Shown here piece by piece: positions 1 through 7,984 of a DNA stretch of 57,948 nucleotides. Made by a program: the position numbers and the translations under genes. Every line of letters begins with the position of its first letter. The stretch's first letter is position 1. Location: the IMG/VR virus record IMGVR_UViG_3300045283_000172, positions 1-57,948 of that record. The stretch is one strand, 5' to 3'. This DNA comes from a virus (taxonomy: Duplodnaviria; Caudoviricetes). The notes under the pieces are model-generated. The model worked only from the letters and a program-made list of their open reading frames with translations. It had not been told where the DNA came from and made no database searches.

Positions 1-127
1 TTGGTTTAGGTGTTACTATTTTCTATGTAGTGGTCTCTATTATTTATATGGTTCAATTAAATAGAATGGTAACTCACTATAGAGAAATAATATTGTTCTA
101 TCGAGAAACTTGTAATCGTTTAGAAGA
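1..127. repeat. Terminal direct repeat (circular assembly overlap), copy 1
   Basis: 1-127 is identical to 57822-57948; 127 is a common assembler k-mer length. Confidence 0.95.
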
Positions 128-161
128 CAAGAGAAAATATAATAGACCTAAAGGGTAATAT

Positions 162-491
162 ATGAATGAGGCTATATTTTTATTAATAATCGGCAACCTT
201 CTATTGACAGCTGTTAATATATACCGTAATAAAAGGCATATTGATGAAATGCGTCATGATATAGAAAGTTATCGGGAGATAGTCAAAAACTTTATTAATG
301 TATGCAATTCTTCTGATAAACCTAAAAGAACTAAGACTGGTAAAGTACGTGATCAATGGGGTAGATATATGACATTAGGTCAACAAATTAAACCTTTAAA
401 GCTTAGAATCAAAGGTAAAAACGGTAAGTTTGTAAATCAAAGTAAATTTACATTACATGGGATATTAAGAAGAATTAGTAGCACTAAGTAA
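162..491 (+). CDS. Hypothetical protein with N-terminal membrane anchor
   Basis: 109 aa ORF, hydrophobic N-terminus; start resembles the ORF at 57800. Confidence 0.7.
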   Translation: MNEAIFLLIIGNLLLTAVNIYRNKRHIDEMRHDIESYREIVKNFINVCNSSDKPKRTKTGKVRDQWGRYMTLGQQIKPLKLRIKGKNGKFVNQSKFTLHGILRRISSTK

Positions 492-519
492 ATTATTAAT
501 TAAAAATGAATAAAACAAC

Positions 520-1524
520 ATGACTAGAATGGTACCATTAAAGGAAGCTATCAATATATTTGAAAAGCATAAAATAAATAAGATAAAGAATGACAACCCT
601 TTGCTCTATAAGGCTGAGGGATCGATTTCACCCTTCTCATCTACTAATTATATATTAGAAAAGATAAGACAAGAAAAATTTGAAATTTATTCCCCACAGG
701 ATGACATAAAAATAGCAGGTAAAAGTCTATTAAAATTAGTAAGTAAAAAATATTATATTCCTAATCGTGATCCTTCTATAGGTGAAGGTTTACAATTATA
801 TGGTAAAGCACATACAGAGATTACAGAAACTCCGTATGGTAATAATGGGATAGAATTTGAGAAGATTTATCTTAATTTTTATGCTGACACTTTTCTAAAC
901 ATGCCATCACAGGAAATAGAGATAGATGTTGAGACAGGTAAATCAACAGTAATAAATAAAGTTCCTCTTGATGATTGGGTTAATGAAGAACTTTGTGATT
1001 TATTTGAAAATTATGATTACGATAGTTTATATAACCCTAGTATAAACTATACAGTAATGGGTAGCTGGAAAGAAAATAAGATTAGATATACAGATATATC
1101 GGTTAAACTTGATGAATTAATGGAGTTAATAAATCGTGAGTTTAATACTATACCGTCAGAATATACTCCTGTTATTGATGACATGGTAAGTAAGTACGGA
1201 GATACTATTAACAAAGTATGGAAACAGACTAGAGAACTTCATGATCAAGTACATATATTAAAAATTAACTATGTTGAAATTATACAGTTTTATAATGAAT
1301 ATAGGTTAGATATACCTAAAGAGCTTATACAAGGAAGGTTAGAGTCAGAATCATTTAATAAATACTATAGAGAAACTAAATCCTATGAGAAAGATCTAGA
1401 TGCTTTTTTTAAAGAAGATATTGAGTTACAAAAAGAATTTAATAATGAGATTGATGTATTTCTGTGTAAACTTAATCCAAGTAAGTATATTGATCATTTA
1501 ATAATACCGGAGACAAATAAATGA
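520..1524 (+). CDS. Hypothetical protein (paralog of 1702-2253)
   Basis: 334 aa ORF; shares LxxAxNIFEK, KND and LxLYxKxxxxxxET with 1702-2253. Confidence 0.8.
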   Translation: MTRMVPLKEAINIFEKHKINKIKNDNPLLYKAEGSISPFSSTNYILEKIRQEKFEIYSPQDDIKIAGKSLLKLVSKKYYIPNRDPSIGEGLQLYGKAHTEITETPYGNNGIEFEKIYLNFYADTFLNMPSQEIEIDVETGKSTVINKVPLDDWVNEELCDLFENYDYDSLYNPSINYTVMGSWKENKIRYTDISVKLDELMELINREFNTIPSEYTPVIDDMVSKYGDTINKVWKQTRELHDQVHILKINYVEIIQFYNEYRLDIPKELIQGRLESESFNKYYRETKSYEKDLDAFFKEDIELQKEFNNEIDVFLCKLNPSKYIDHLIIPETNK

Positions 1525-1733
1525 CATATATGAGCGGCTTTCTATTTGGGGCGATTATAGGTTTGTTGATACATAGCTTTAAGACTAAACGTGAATTAGA
1601 AGATCGAATAGATAGATTAGAAATTCGTATAAATAACAAATTATCTTTCTCTGAAGAGAAACTTAAAAGTTCATATTATCATATTAAAGATAAGGAAAAT
1701 AATGACATTCATATCTTTAGAAAAAGCTTGTAA
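1521..1733 (+). CDS. Small membrane-anchored hypothetical protein
   Basis: ATGA overlap with upstream gene, hydrophobic N-terminus. Confidence 0.65.
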   Translation: MTYMSGFLFGAIIGLLIHSFKTKRELEDRIDRLEIRINNKLSFSEEKLKSSYYHIKDKENNDIHIFRKSL

Positions 1734-2253
1734 CATATTTGAAAAATTTAAATTGAAGAATGATATTAAAGAATCTATAAGTATGCGGGATTGTTTAGTT
1801 AGAAATCATATCATTAGAAGATTACCACTTTATATAAAGAATGATGAAGGATACGAAGAGACAGAGGATGATATTGCTACTATAACTTCGGATATATTTA
1901 TATATTACGATGATATATATTACTTTTGTGATAAAGAATTAATGCCTCAGATGTCTTATATTGGTTGTCCGTGTTGTGGTGCGGATTATCAAGATGATGA
2001 AGAATCTAAACCTATACCTTTAACTGCACAGTCTAGTGAAATAAGCAAAGCGTTAAGACCGGGATTATATGAGATTATAGGTAAAAGAAATAATTATGCA
2101 GCTGCTATTGATCGTGAAGAAATTCGTAAGGCGTATGATTCTTCTAGTTGTAATTTCTTTAATATATTTGAAAAACCACACATATTAGCTAAATGGAGAA
2201 ATAACCCTAAACTACCCTTAAAAGTAGAAATGAAATATATAGGTTATAAATAA
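1702..2253 (+). CDS. Hypothetical protein (paralog of 520-1524) with CPCC motif
   Basis: 183 aa ORF in tightly packed operon. Confidence 0.75.
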   Translation: MTFISLEKACNIFEKFKLKNDIKESISMRDCLVRNHIIRRLPLYIKNDEGYEETEDDIATITSDIFIYYDDIYYFCDKELMPQMSYIGCPCCGADYQDDEESKPIPLTAQSSEISKALRPGLYEIIGKRNNYAAAIDREEIRKAYDSSSCNFFNIFEKPHILAKWRNNPKLPLKVEMKYIGYK

Positions 2254-2507
2254 TGGGCAAAAATGTTGAAATTAATGCGATAGATAAATTAGTTTCAAGA
2301 CGTTTAAAATATCGTAGAAGATTATTAGGTATAACTCAAAAAGAGCTTGGTATCTCTGTAGGGGTAAGTATTCAACAAATTCAAAAGTATGAAGCAGGGA
2401 CTAATCGCATTTCATGTGGTAAGTTATATGCTTTTGCAGAGTTATTAGAAGTGCCTGTAGGTTATTTCTTTGGGGATGAAACAGATAACTTTACAATTAG
2501 GAGATAG
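2253..2507 (+). CDS. XRE-family helix-turn-helix regulator
   Basis: GITQKELG..VSIQQIQKYEAGTNRIS, the alphaproteobacterial XRE signature. Confidence 0.92.
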   Translation: MGKNVEINAIDKLVSRRLKYRRRLLGITQKELGISVGVSIQQIQKYEAGTNRISCGKLYAFAELLEVPVGYFFGDETDNFTIRR

Positions 2508-2510
2508 AAA

Positions 2511-2669
2511 ATGATGTCAATAATATTTGATCTAATATGTTTTGGATGTGTAGTGTATATGGGGCATAAATTAGTAAAAAGTAATGAAGTATCTTATGAA
2601 GTAAGTATTAAATTAGAACAGTTATCTTATGAAGTTGAAAAATTAAAGAGGCAAATAAATGAAAGATGA
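2511..2669 (+). CDS. Small membrane protein, 52 aa (not in ORF track)
   Basis: AGGAG RBS; MMSIIFDLICFGCVVYMG...QINER; fills the gap in the operon. Confidence 0.55.
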   Translation: MMSIIFDLICFGCVVYMGHKLVKSNEVSYEVSIKLEQLSYEVEKLKRQINER

Positions 2670-2964
2670 AACTAAGATAGAACGAATAATAGAAGCTATA
2701 GAAAGAGTATCTTTCTTACCTAAAAATTCAAAACAAGTTATAATACTATTATTAAAACATAAATCATCTTTACCTGCACCTGAAATAGCTCGCTTATGTG
2801 GATTTTCTTCCCAACATGCATGTTCTGTAGTAAGAAGAATGTTTGAACAAAAGCTAATAGTTAAAGTTAAAACCATACACGCAGTTACTCATTATATAGT
2901 AAACAAGGAATGGGGAAATGGGGTTTTAGGAACTTATGATCGTAGCGAAATATACAATAAATGA
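2659..2964 (+). CDS. Winged-helix DNA-binding protein
   Basis: EIARLCGFSSQHACSVVRRMFEQKLIVK pattern. Confidence 0.65.
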   Translation: MKDETKIERIIEAIERVSFLPKNSKQVIILLLKHKSSLPAPEIARLCGFSSQHACSVVRRMFEQKLIVKVKTIHAVTHYIVNKEWGNGVLGTYDRSEIYNK

Positions 2965-3305
2965 AAAAGATTAAACTAGGGAATCAGTTATCGTTTCTTC
3001 CCGTACATTCTATCAATATTTTAAATATGTTGATAGAGCATGACAAACCCTTACGAATAAAAGAAATACAGGATGTTTATGGTATATATCCCCAACAAGT
3101 TTATTTCATTCTATGTAGATTAGTAGAACAAAAATTAGTTGTTAAAGTGACAAGAGGGGTAGATCCTTATTATTGTTATGTAATTAATAAAGACTGTAAG
3201 GATAAATATCTGTATATTATTAATGGCATAGATAGTCTAAAAACTAAATGTTTGGATATTAATAATAAGATTGATGAACTTATACAAAATAAAAAAGAGG
3301 GATAA
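2961..3305 (+). CDS. Winged-helix DNA-binding protein (paralog of 2659-2964)
   Basis: SFLP...EIQ...RLVEQKLVVKV aligns with the upstream gene. Confidence 0.65.
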   Translation: MKKIKLGNQLSFLPVHSINILNMLIEHDKPLRIKEIQDVYGIYPQQVYFILCRLVEQKLVVKVTRGVDPYYCYVINKDCKDKYLYIINGIDSLKTKCLDINNKIDELIQNKKEG

Positions 3306-3635
3306 ATGACAAGTATTTCTAAAATTCCTTTTGGTTTAAAACCTTTATCACCAGATAACAATAACAGTAGAATACCATTTAATCAAAAACCAGATGGAGA
3401 TCCTTTACATATAAGATTATCTAATGGTGACTTAACTGAAGATGAATTATCATATTATACTATAGAAGGTACTATAGTTGAGTTATTGTATTCTCATGAA
3501 AGATTCATGCGTAGGTTCATGAGAGGTAAAGAGGAAGCTAGCAAAGTTGTCAATAATCTTAATACAACGGTGATAGAAATAGAGGCGTTACAAGAAAAAT
3601 TAAAAGAATTAGAAAGAGGAATAAATGACAAATGA
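3306..3635 (+). CDS. Hypothetical protein, probable diverged copy of 2961-3305
   Basis: RBS present; collinear residual motifs; flanked by a 19 bp junction repeat. Confidence 0.65.
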   Translation: MTSISKIPFGLKPLSPDNNNSRIPFNQKPDGDPLHIRLSNGDLTEDELSYYTIEGTIVELLYSHERFMRRFMRGKEEASKVVNNLNTTVIEIEALQEKLKELERGINDK

Positions 3636-4749
3636 ATATTTAAAAGGAATGTGTTACTCCGCATTTCCTATGAGCTATAATCCATCAACAGCTAATAAGA
3701 CATGTATATTCTTTGGTAGCGATATAGCATCACATAATTTAATGCCTTTATGGGGTAGTTCTTTTACTCCTAACGATGGTCCTGATAAGAATAAACTTTT
3801 TACAGGACGTAATGATATATTAGCTATGCGCAAAATGGGGGTTAACCTTATAAGATTATATGATTGGGATCCTAGGAATGATCATACTGATTTTTTAGAT
3901 TATTGTCATAGTAATAGAATCAAGGTATTAGCTCCTGTATCTAATTATAATTTAGGGGCATATGGTACACCACCTCCGATGGATGAGTCTATAAAGAATT
4001 TGCTTAAATCTTTTGGTAATAATAAGGGTACAGATTATCACCCAGCTATTTATGGAATTATAATAGGCTCAGAGCTTGATTTACCATCGGAAATGCCTCA
4101 AGGTTATTTAGCCAAATATACTAAAAGATGGGTGGAATTAGAAAAGGATGTACTATCTAATGCATCTAAACTCCCTATCGGTCATCCTGTAAGTTTTGCA
4201 AAGCATAACGGTGATTATCCATGTTTTGAATTCTGGGATAAGTTACTAGAAGAGTTAAAACATGTAACTACTAATGATTTGAATAAAAGACTTATTCTTT
4301 GCCCTCATACATATAATGAAGCTTCTTATTTGTTTGGTAATGCAGAAGGTACATTCAGAGGATGGGTAGATATAGCATATGATAAATACCAATTACCTAT
4401 ATTATTTTGTGAAATAGGATGCAGCAGATTAGTAAGAGATGATTACATACAAGTTGTGGCTGATCAATTAGAAAAATCCCATACATATGGCAAAGATAAT
4501 AAGCATAAATTACTAGGTACTTGTTTCTTCCAATTTTGTGATAAGGTATGGATGCCTAATACAACTGAAGGATCATTTGGTGCTTTATACAATACTAAAG
4601 CTACACATTATTTTGTTAAATATGGTGCTAAAGATTTTAGCCATACAGATGGTAACAATTGTAAAGATCAGTCATTAAGAGTATCAGCATTAGATATTAA
4701 TCCTGTATATAATACTGTAAAACTAATATATACCTGTGATATTAAATGA
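3625..4749 (+). CDS. Clan GH-A glycoside hydrolase, GH72 (Gas/Gel)-like
   Basis: YLKGMCY, DILAMRKMGVNLIRLY..DH, IIGSELD (acid/base Glu), LPILFCEIGC (nucleophile Glu). Confidence 0.75.
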   Translation: MTNEYLKGMCYSAFPMSYNPSTANKTCIFFGSDIASHNLMPLWGSSFTPNDGPDKNKLFTGRNDILAMRKMGVNLIRLYDWDPRNDHTDFLDYCHSNRIKVLAPVSNYNLGAYGTPPPMDESIKNLLKSFGNNKGTDYHPAIYGIIIGSELDLPSEMPQGYLAKYTKRWVELEKDVLSNASKLPIGHPVSFAKHNGDYPCFEFWDKLLEELKHVTTNDLNKRLILCPHTYNEASYLFGNAEGTFRGWVDIAYDKYQLPILFCEIGCSRLVRDDYIQVVADQLEKSHTYGKDNKHKLLGTCFFQFCDKVWMPNTTEGSFGALYNTKATHYFVKYGAKDFSHTDGNNCKDQSLRVSALDINPVYNTVKLIYTCDIK

Positions 4750-5198
4750 TAGTATCTGATTTAGAATTTCACAACCATAAAATGTCTCAGAAAGTAGATC
4801 ATAATAACAGATTCGTAACCATTGGATTTTTTGAAATTAGGTGTATTATGGATATATATAAGAATGATTTAAACATTTATTTACGTGAATCTGATATTCC
4901 CCAGGAATTAATATATTGTTTTAAAGAATTAAATGACGTTATCGTGACAACAGCAAATGATTTTAAAACTAAGTTTAATGATAAAAAATCAAAATATTTT
5001 TTTGATAATTATAGAAGTACTCAGTATCTTATTTTTGATAAGAAAGAATGGGAGATGTCTGATAAGTTTATTGACAAAGTTAGGTTGCAACTTAAAGAAA
5101 TTTTTGATCGATATTATAGAGATGCTAAATATGTATACATCAATAGGATAAAAGCGGAAACTCTAGAAGAAACATCTTTGTATTTGAAAGATAAGTGA
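4746..5198 (+). CDS. Hypothetical protein, possible compressed derivative of the glycoside hydrolase
   Basis: 150 aa ORF coupled to neighbours on both sides; collinear motifs (see findings). Confidence 0.7.
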   Translation: MIVSDLEFHNHKMSQKVDHNNRFVTIGFFEIRCIMDIYKNDLNIYLRESDIPQELIYCFKELNDVIVTTANDFKTKFNDKKSKYFFDNYRSTQYLIFDKKEWEMSDKFIDKVRLQLKEIFDRYYRDAKYVYINRIKAETLEETSLYLKDK

Positions 5199-6799
5199 AA
5201 AACAAACTAACTTTAGATGATATAAATTTAGATGATTTAGTTTATCTACAGGATAAGTATAAGGCTGAACTTTCTTTATATGAATTTATAAAGCAGGCAT
5301 GGGCAGCTTCCGCTATAGAAGGCGGAACACAATTCACTGACGGTTGGCACATAAGGGTAATATGTGAACATCTTGAAGCAATCGCCAACCGTCAGATTAA
5401 GAATCTAATCATCAATATGCCTCCACGGTGTGCTAAGTCATCTATCGTCTCTATAGCATTTCCTGCCTGGGTATGGGTTAATGCTCCTCATGAACAGTTT
5501 ATGTATTGTTCTTACGCAAGTTCATTAGCACTTAGGGATTCCGTAAGATGCAGACGTTTAATGTTATCACCTTGGTATCAAAAGAGATGGGGTAATAGGT
5601 TTCAACTAGTAGGAGATCAGAATACCAAAGGTAGATTCGATAATAACCGTTCAGGTTATAGAATGACTACTTCTACAGGAGGAAGTATTACGGGTGAAGG
5701 TGGTAATATGCTTATTGCTGATGATCCCAATAACACTAAGGACGGTGATAATTCGGATGTTAAACGTGAACGTACTATTGAATGGTGGAATCATGTGTGG
5801 TCTACAAGGTTAAACGATAAGAAGAATGATTGCAGGGTTGTAGTTCAACAAAGATATCATACCCGTGATGTTACAGGTTATATCACTTCTCATGATGATC
5901 TAAAGGAATGGACTAAGTTAATTCTTCCGATGGAATATGAGATAGAGAATAAAACTACTACTATTATCTTACCTTCTACTAATAAGAAGTTATGGTGTGA
6001 TCCTAGAGAAAAAGATGGGGATTTATTATGGCCTGAGAGATTTGACGCTAAATCAGTTAAAAGTCTTAAGAATGACTTAGGAAGTGAAGCAGCTATAGCA
6101 GGTCAATTGCAACAAAGACCGTCTTCCAGAGAAGGCAACATAATTAAAAAGTCATGGTTCCAGTGGTGGAAAGATGCACAACCTCCTCAAATAGAGTTCG
6201 TAGTACAATCATGGGATACTGCATTTTCAGAGAAAAAGACTGCTGCTTATTCTGCATGTACTACATGGGGAGTATTTTACGATCATAATTATATAGAGAA
6301 TGTAATCTTACTATCCATGTGGAGAGGAAGGGTAGAATATGTAGAGCTTAGAGAAATAGCTAAGCGTTTATATTATGATTATAGAGACACTGGTAAGGTA
6401 CATGAGCCTAAATTTAAAGGTAGACCTATTGATCTATTTCTGATAGAAGCTAGAGCGTCAGGCGATCCATTGATTAAAGACTTACAATTAGCAGGCATTA
6501 AGGCTATTCCAGTTGACCCTGCAGGTAGAGGTAACAAAATCCAGAGATTAAATTTTGTTACCCCTTTGCTAGAAGGTGAACGTGTATGGTTACCTGCACG
6601 TCCTCCATCCTTTGATCATTTATTACCTTTTGCTGACGAGCTGTTAGAAAATGTAGCATGTTATCCTAATCTTGAAAGTAATGATATAGTTGATACAATG
6701 AGTCAAGCATTTATGAAGTTAAAGACAGGTATGTTCTTATTAAATCCTAGAGATGAAAGATCAGAGCCTGAAATGCGAAAAGAAGTTAAAGTATATTAA
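5195..6799 (+). CDS. terL: Terminase large subunit
   Basis: Walker A NMPPRCAKS, Walker B LIADDP, LWPERF, QQRP, nuclease QSWDTAF and DIVDTMSQA. Confidence 0.96.
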   Translation: MKNKLTLDDINLDDLVYLQDKYKAELSLYEFIKQAWAASAIEGGTQFTDGWHIRVICEHLEAIANRQIKNLIINMPPRCAKSSIVSIAFPAWVWVNAPHEQFMYCSYASSLALRDSVRCRRLMLSPWYQKRWGNRFQLVGDQNTKGRFDNNRSGYRMTTSTGGSITGEGGNMLIADDPNNTKDGDNSDVKRERTIEWWNHVWSTRLNDKKNDCRVVVQQRYHTRDVTGYITSHDDLKEWTKLILPMEYEIENKTTTIILPSTNKKLWCDPREKDGDLLWPERFDAKSVKSLKNDLGSEAAIAGQLQQRPSSREGNIIKKSWFQWWKDAQPPQIEFVVQSWDTAFSEKKTAAYSACTTWGVFYDHNYIENVILLSMWRGRVEYVELREIAKRLYYDYRDTGKVHEPKFKGRPIDLFLIEARASGDPLIKDLQLAGIKAIPVDPAGRGNKIQRLNFVTPLLEGERVWLPARPPSFDHLLPFADELLENVACYPNLESNDIVDTMSQAFMKLKTGMFLLNPRDERSEPEMRKEVKVY

Positions 6800-6815
6800 A
6801 AGGGGATAAGTTAAT

Positions 6816-7284
6816 ATGAAAAATATTGGTAATAAGACATTTCACACAATCTTAGCGGATCCACCTTGGCAATTTCAAAATAGGACAGGTAAAGTAGCAC
6901 CGGAGCATAAAAGGTTAAATCGATATGACACATTAAGTCTTCAAGAAATAAAGCAGTTACCTGTCTGGTAGAGGGGTAGGATTCTATTTTCGTAATGTGA
7001 CAGAGATAATTTTATTCGGGGTAAAAGGTAAAAATGCCAGGACTAGAGAGGCAGGCAGAAGCCAGGTTAATATAATTAGCAGTAGAAAACGGGAACATTC
7101 CAGAAAACCTGATGAACTTTACGAAATTATTGAAAATTGTAGTACAGCACCTTATTTAGAACTCTTTGCAAGAGGTAAAAAAGAAGGTTGGTATCAGTGG
7201 GGTGATCAGGTAGAGAATTATACACCTACTTGGTCTACATATTCTAACCATTCTCACAAAGTAGTAACACAACATCGTGTTTAA
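6816..7284 (+). pseudogene. MT-A70-family adenine methyltransferase with internal deletion and frameshift
   Basis: ATG at 6816 gives TILADPPWQF..IKQLPV then TAG at 6969; the +1 frame resumes GRGVGFYFRNVTE..HSRKPDE..LELFARG; the central LYLW/WGF segment is absent. Confidence 0.88.
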
Positions 7285-7444
7285 AGCGCTATTGTGTTAC
7301 CCCCTCAGCCTACATACACTAATTGGAAATCATTACATTTTAAGCTACTTCTATCTTAAAATCTCGAGGAATGAAAAATTTTAATATACTCCAAGGGCTC
7401 TATTACTTTATATCTCAATAATAAATTGAGATCAACTATAAATA

Positions 7445-7521
7445 TGGTCGGGGTAGAAAGATTTGAACTCTCGACCTCCTGTACCCAAAACAGGTGCGCT
7501 ACCAAGCTGCGCTATACCCCG
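7445..7521 (-). tRNA. tRNA-Pro(TGG)
   Basis: Full cloverleaf: acceptor CGGGGTA/TACCCCG, anticodon arm CCTGT-TTTGGGT-ACAGG, TTCAAAT T-loop, encoded CCA. Confidence 0.95.
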
Positions 7522-7543
7522 ATAATCAGTCCGTGACAAATTG

Positions 7544-7939
7544 TCACGATGTCATATTTATTACTTTTACATTTATAAAGTCATCAAGATATTCTTTTAT
7601 AGGAACATCTTCATCTTTCCCCAATAATATCTTCTTAGTTAAAAACAAAGTAGGTATTTTTCTTTGTTTAAATTCCTTCAATTCAGGGAAATCACTCTTC
7701 AGCGGTATAATAAACGCTACAAAGATATCAACAACTATATTATGACTATAAGGTTGGAAGACATTATTTAATATTTCATGATGTTTTTTGATTGTTACCA
7801 GTGTACCAATAGTCAAATGAGTACTTTCTTCGCCTAGAATATAATAATTATCTAACTTTTTAATACTTTTTATAAATTTATCTAATATTTTTGTCATAGT
7901 TCGTGTATAATCATTAAAATTGGTAACCTTGGTTAACAC
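7544..7939 (-). CDS. Hypothetical protein
   Basis: 131 aa ORF filling the gap, same strand as tRNA-Pro; start uncertain. Confidence 0.55.
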   Translation of the reverse strand: MLTKVTNFNDYTRTMTKILDKFIKSIKKLDNYYILGEESTHLTIGTLVTIKKHHEILNNVFQPYSHNIVVDIFVAFIIPLKSDFPELKEFKQRKIPTLFLTKKILLGKDEDVPIKEYLDDFINVKVINMTS

Positions 7940-7984
7940 TATAGGCTAATACCTACGTTTCGTAAATTGAAAAATACATAATTA

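Noticed and set aside
1-127. Biological terminal repeat
   Set aside because: The length equals a standard assembler k-mer and it falls mid-ORF; it shows circularity or permutation only
2253-2507. Wolbachia wmk or cif-type reproductive manipulation genes
   Set aside because: These are single-domain generic XRE proteins; no Cif-like domains are recognisable
6960-6997. Programmed frameshift restoring the methyltransferase
   Set aside because: No slippery site, and the conserved central segment is missing regardless of frame
7445-7521. tRNA-Pro as attP of a temperate phage
   Set aside because: No tyrosine or serine recombinase motif seen in any ORF; the tRNA is complete and single-copy
7494-7745. 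83 aa + strand ORF
   Set aside because: Overlaps tRNA-Pro and is antisense to 7544-7939
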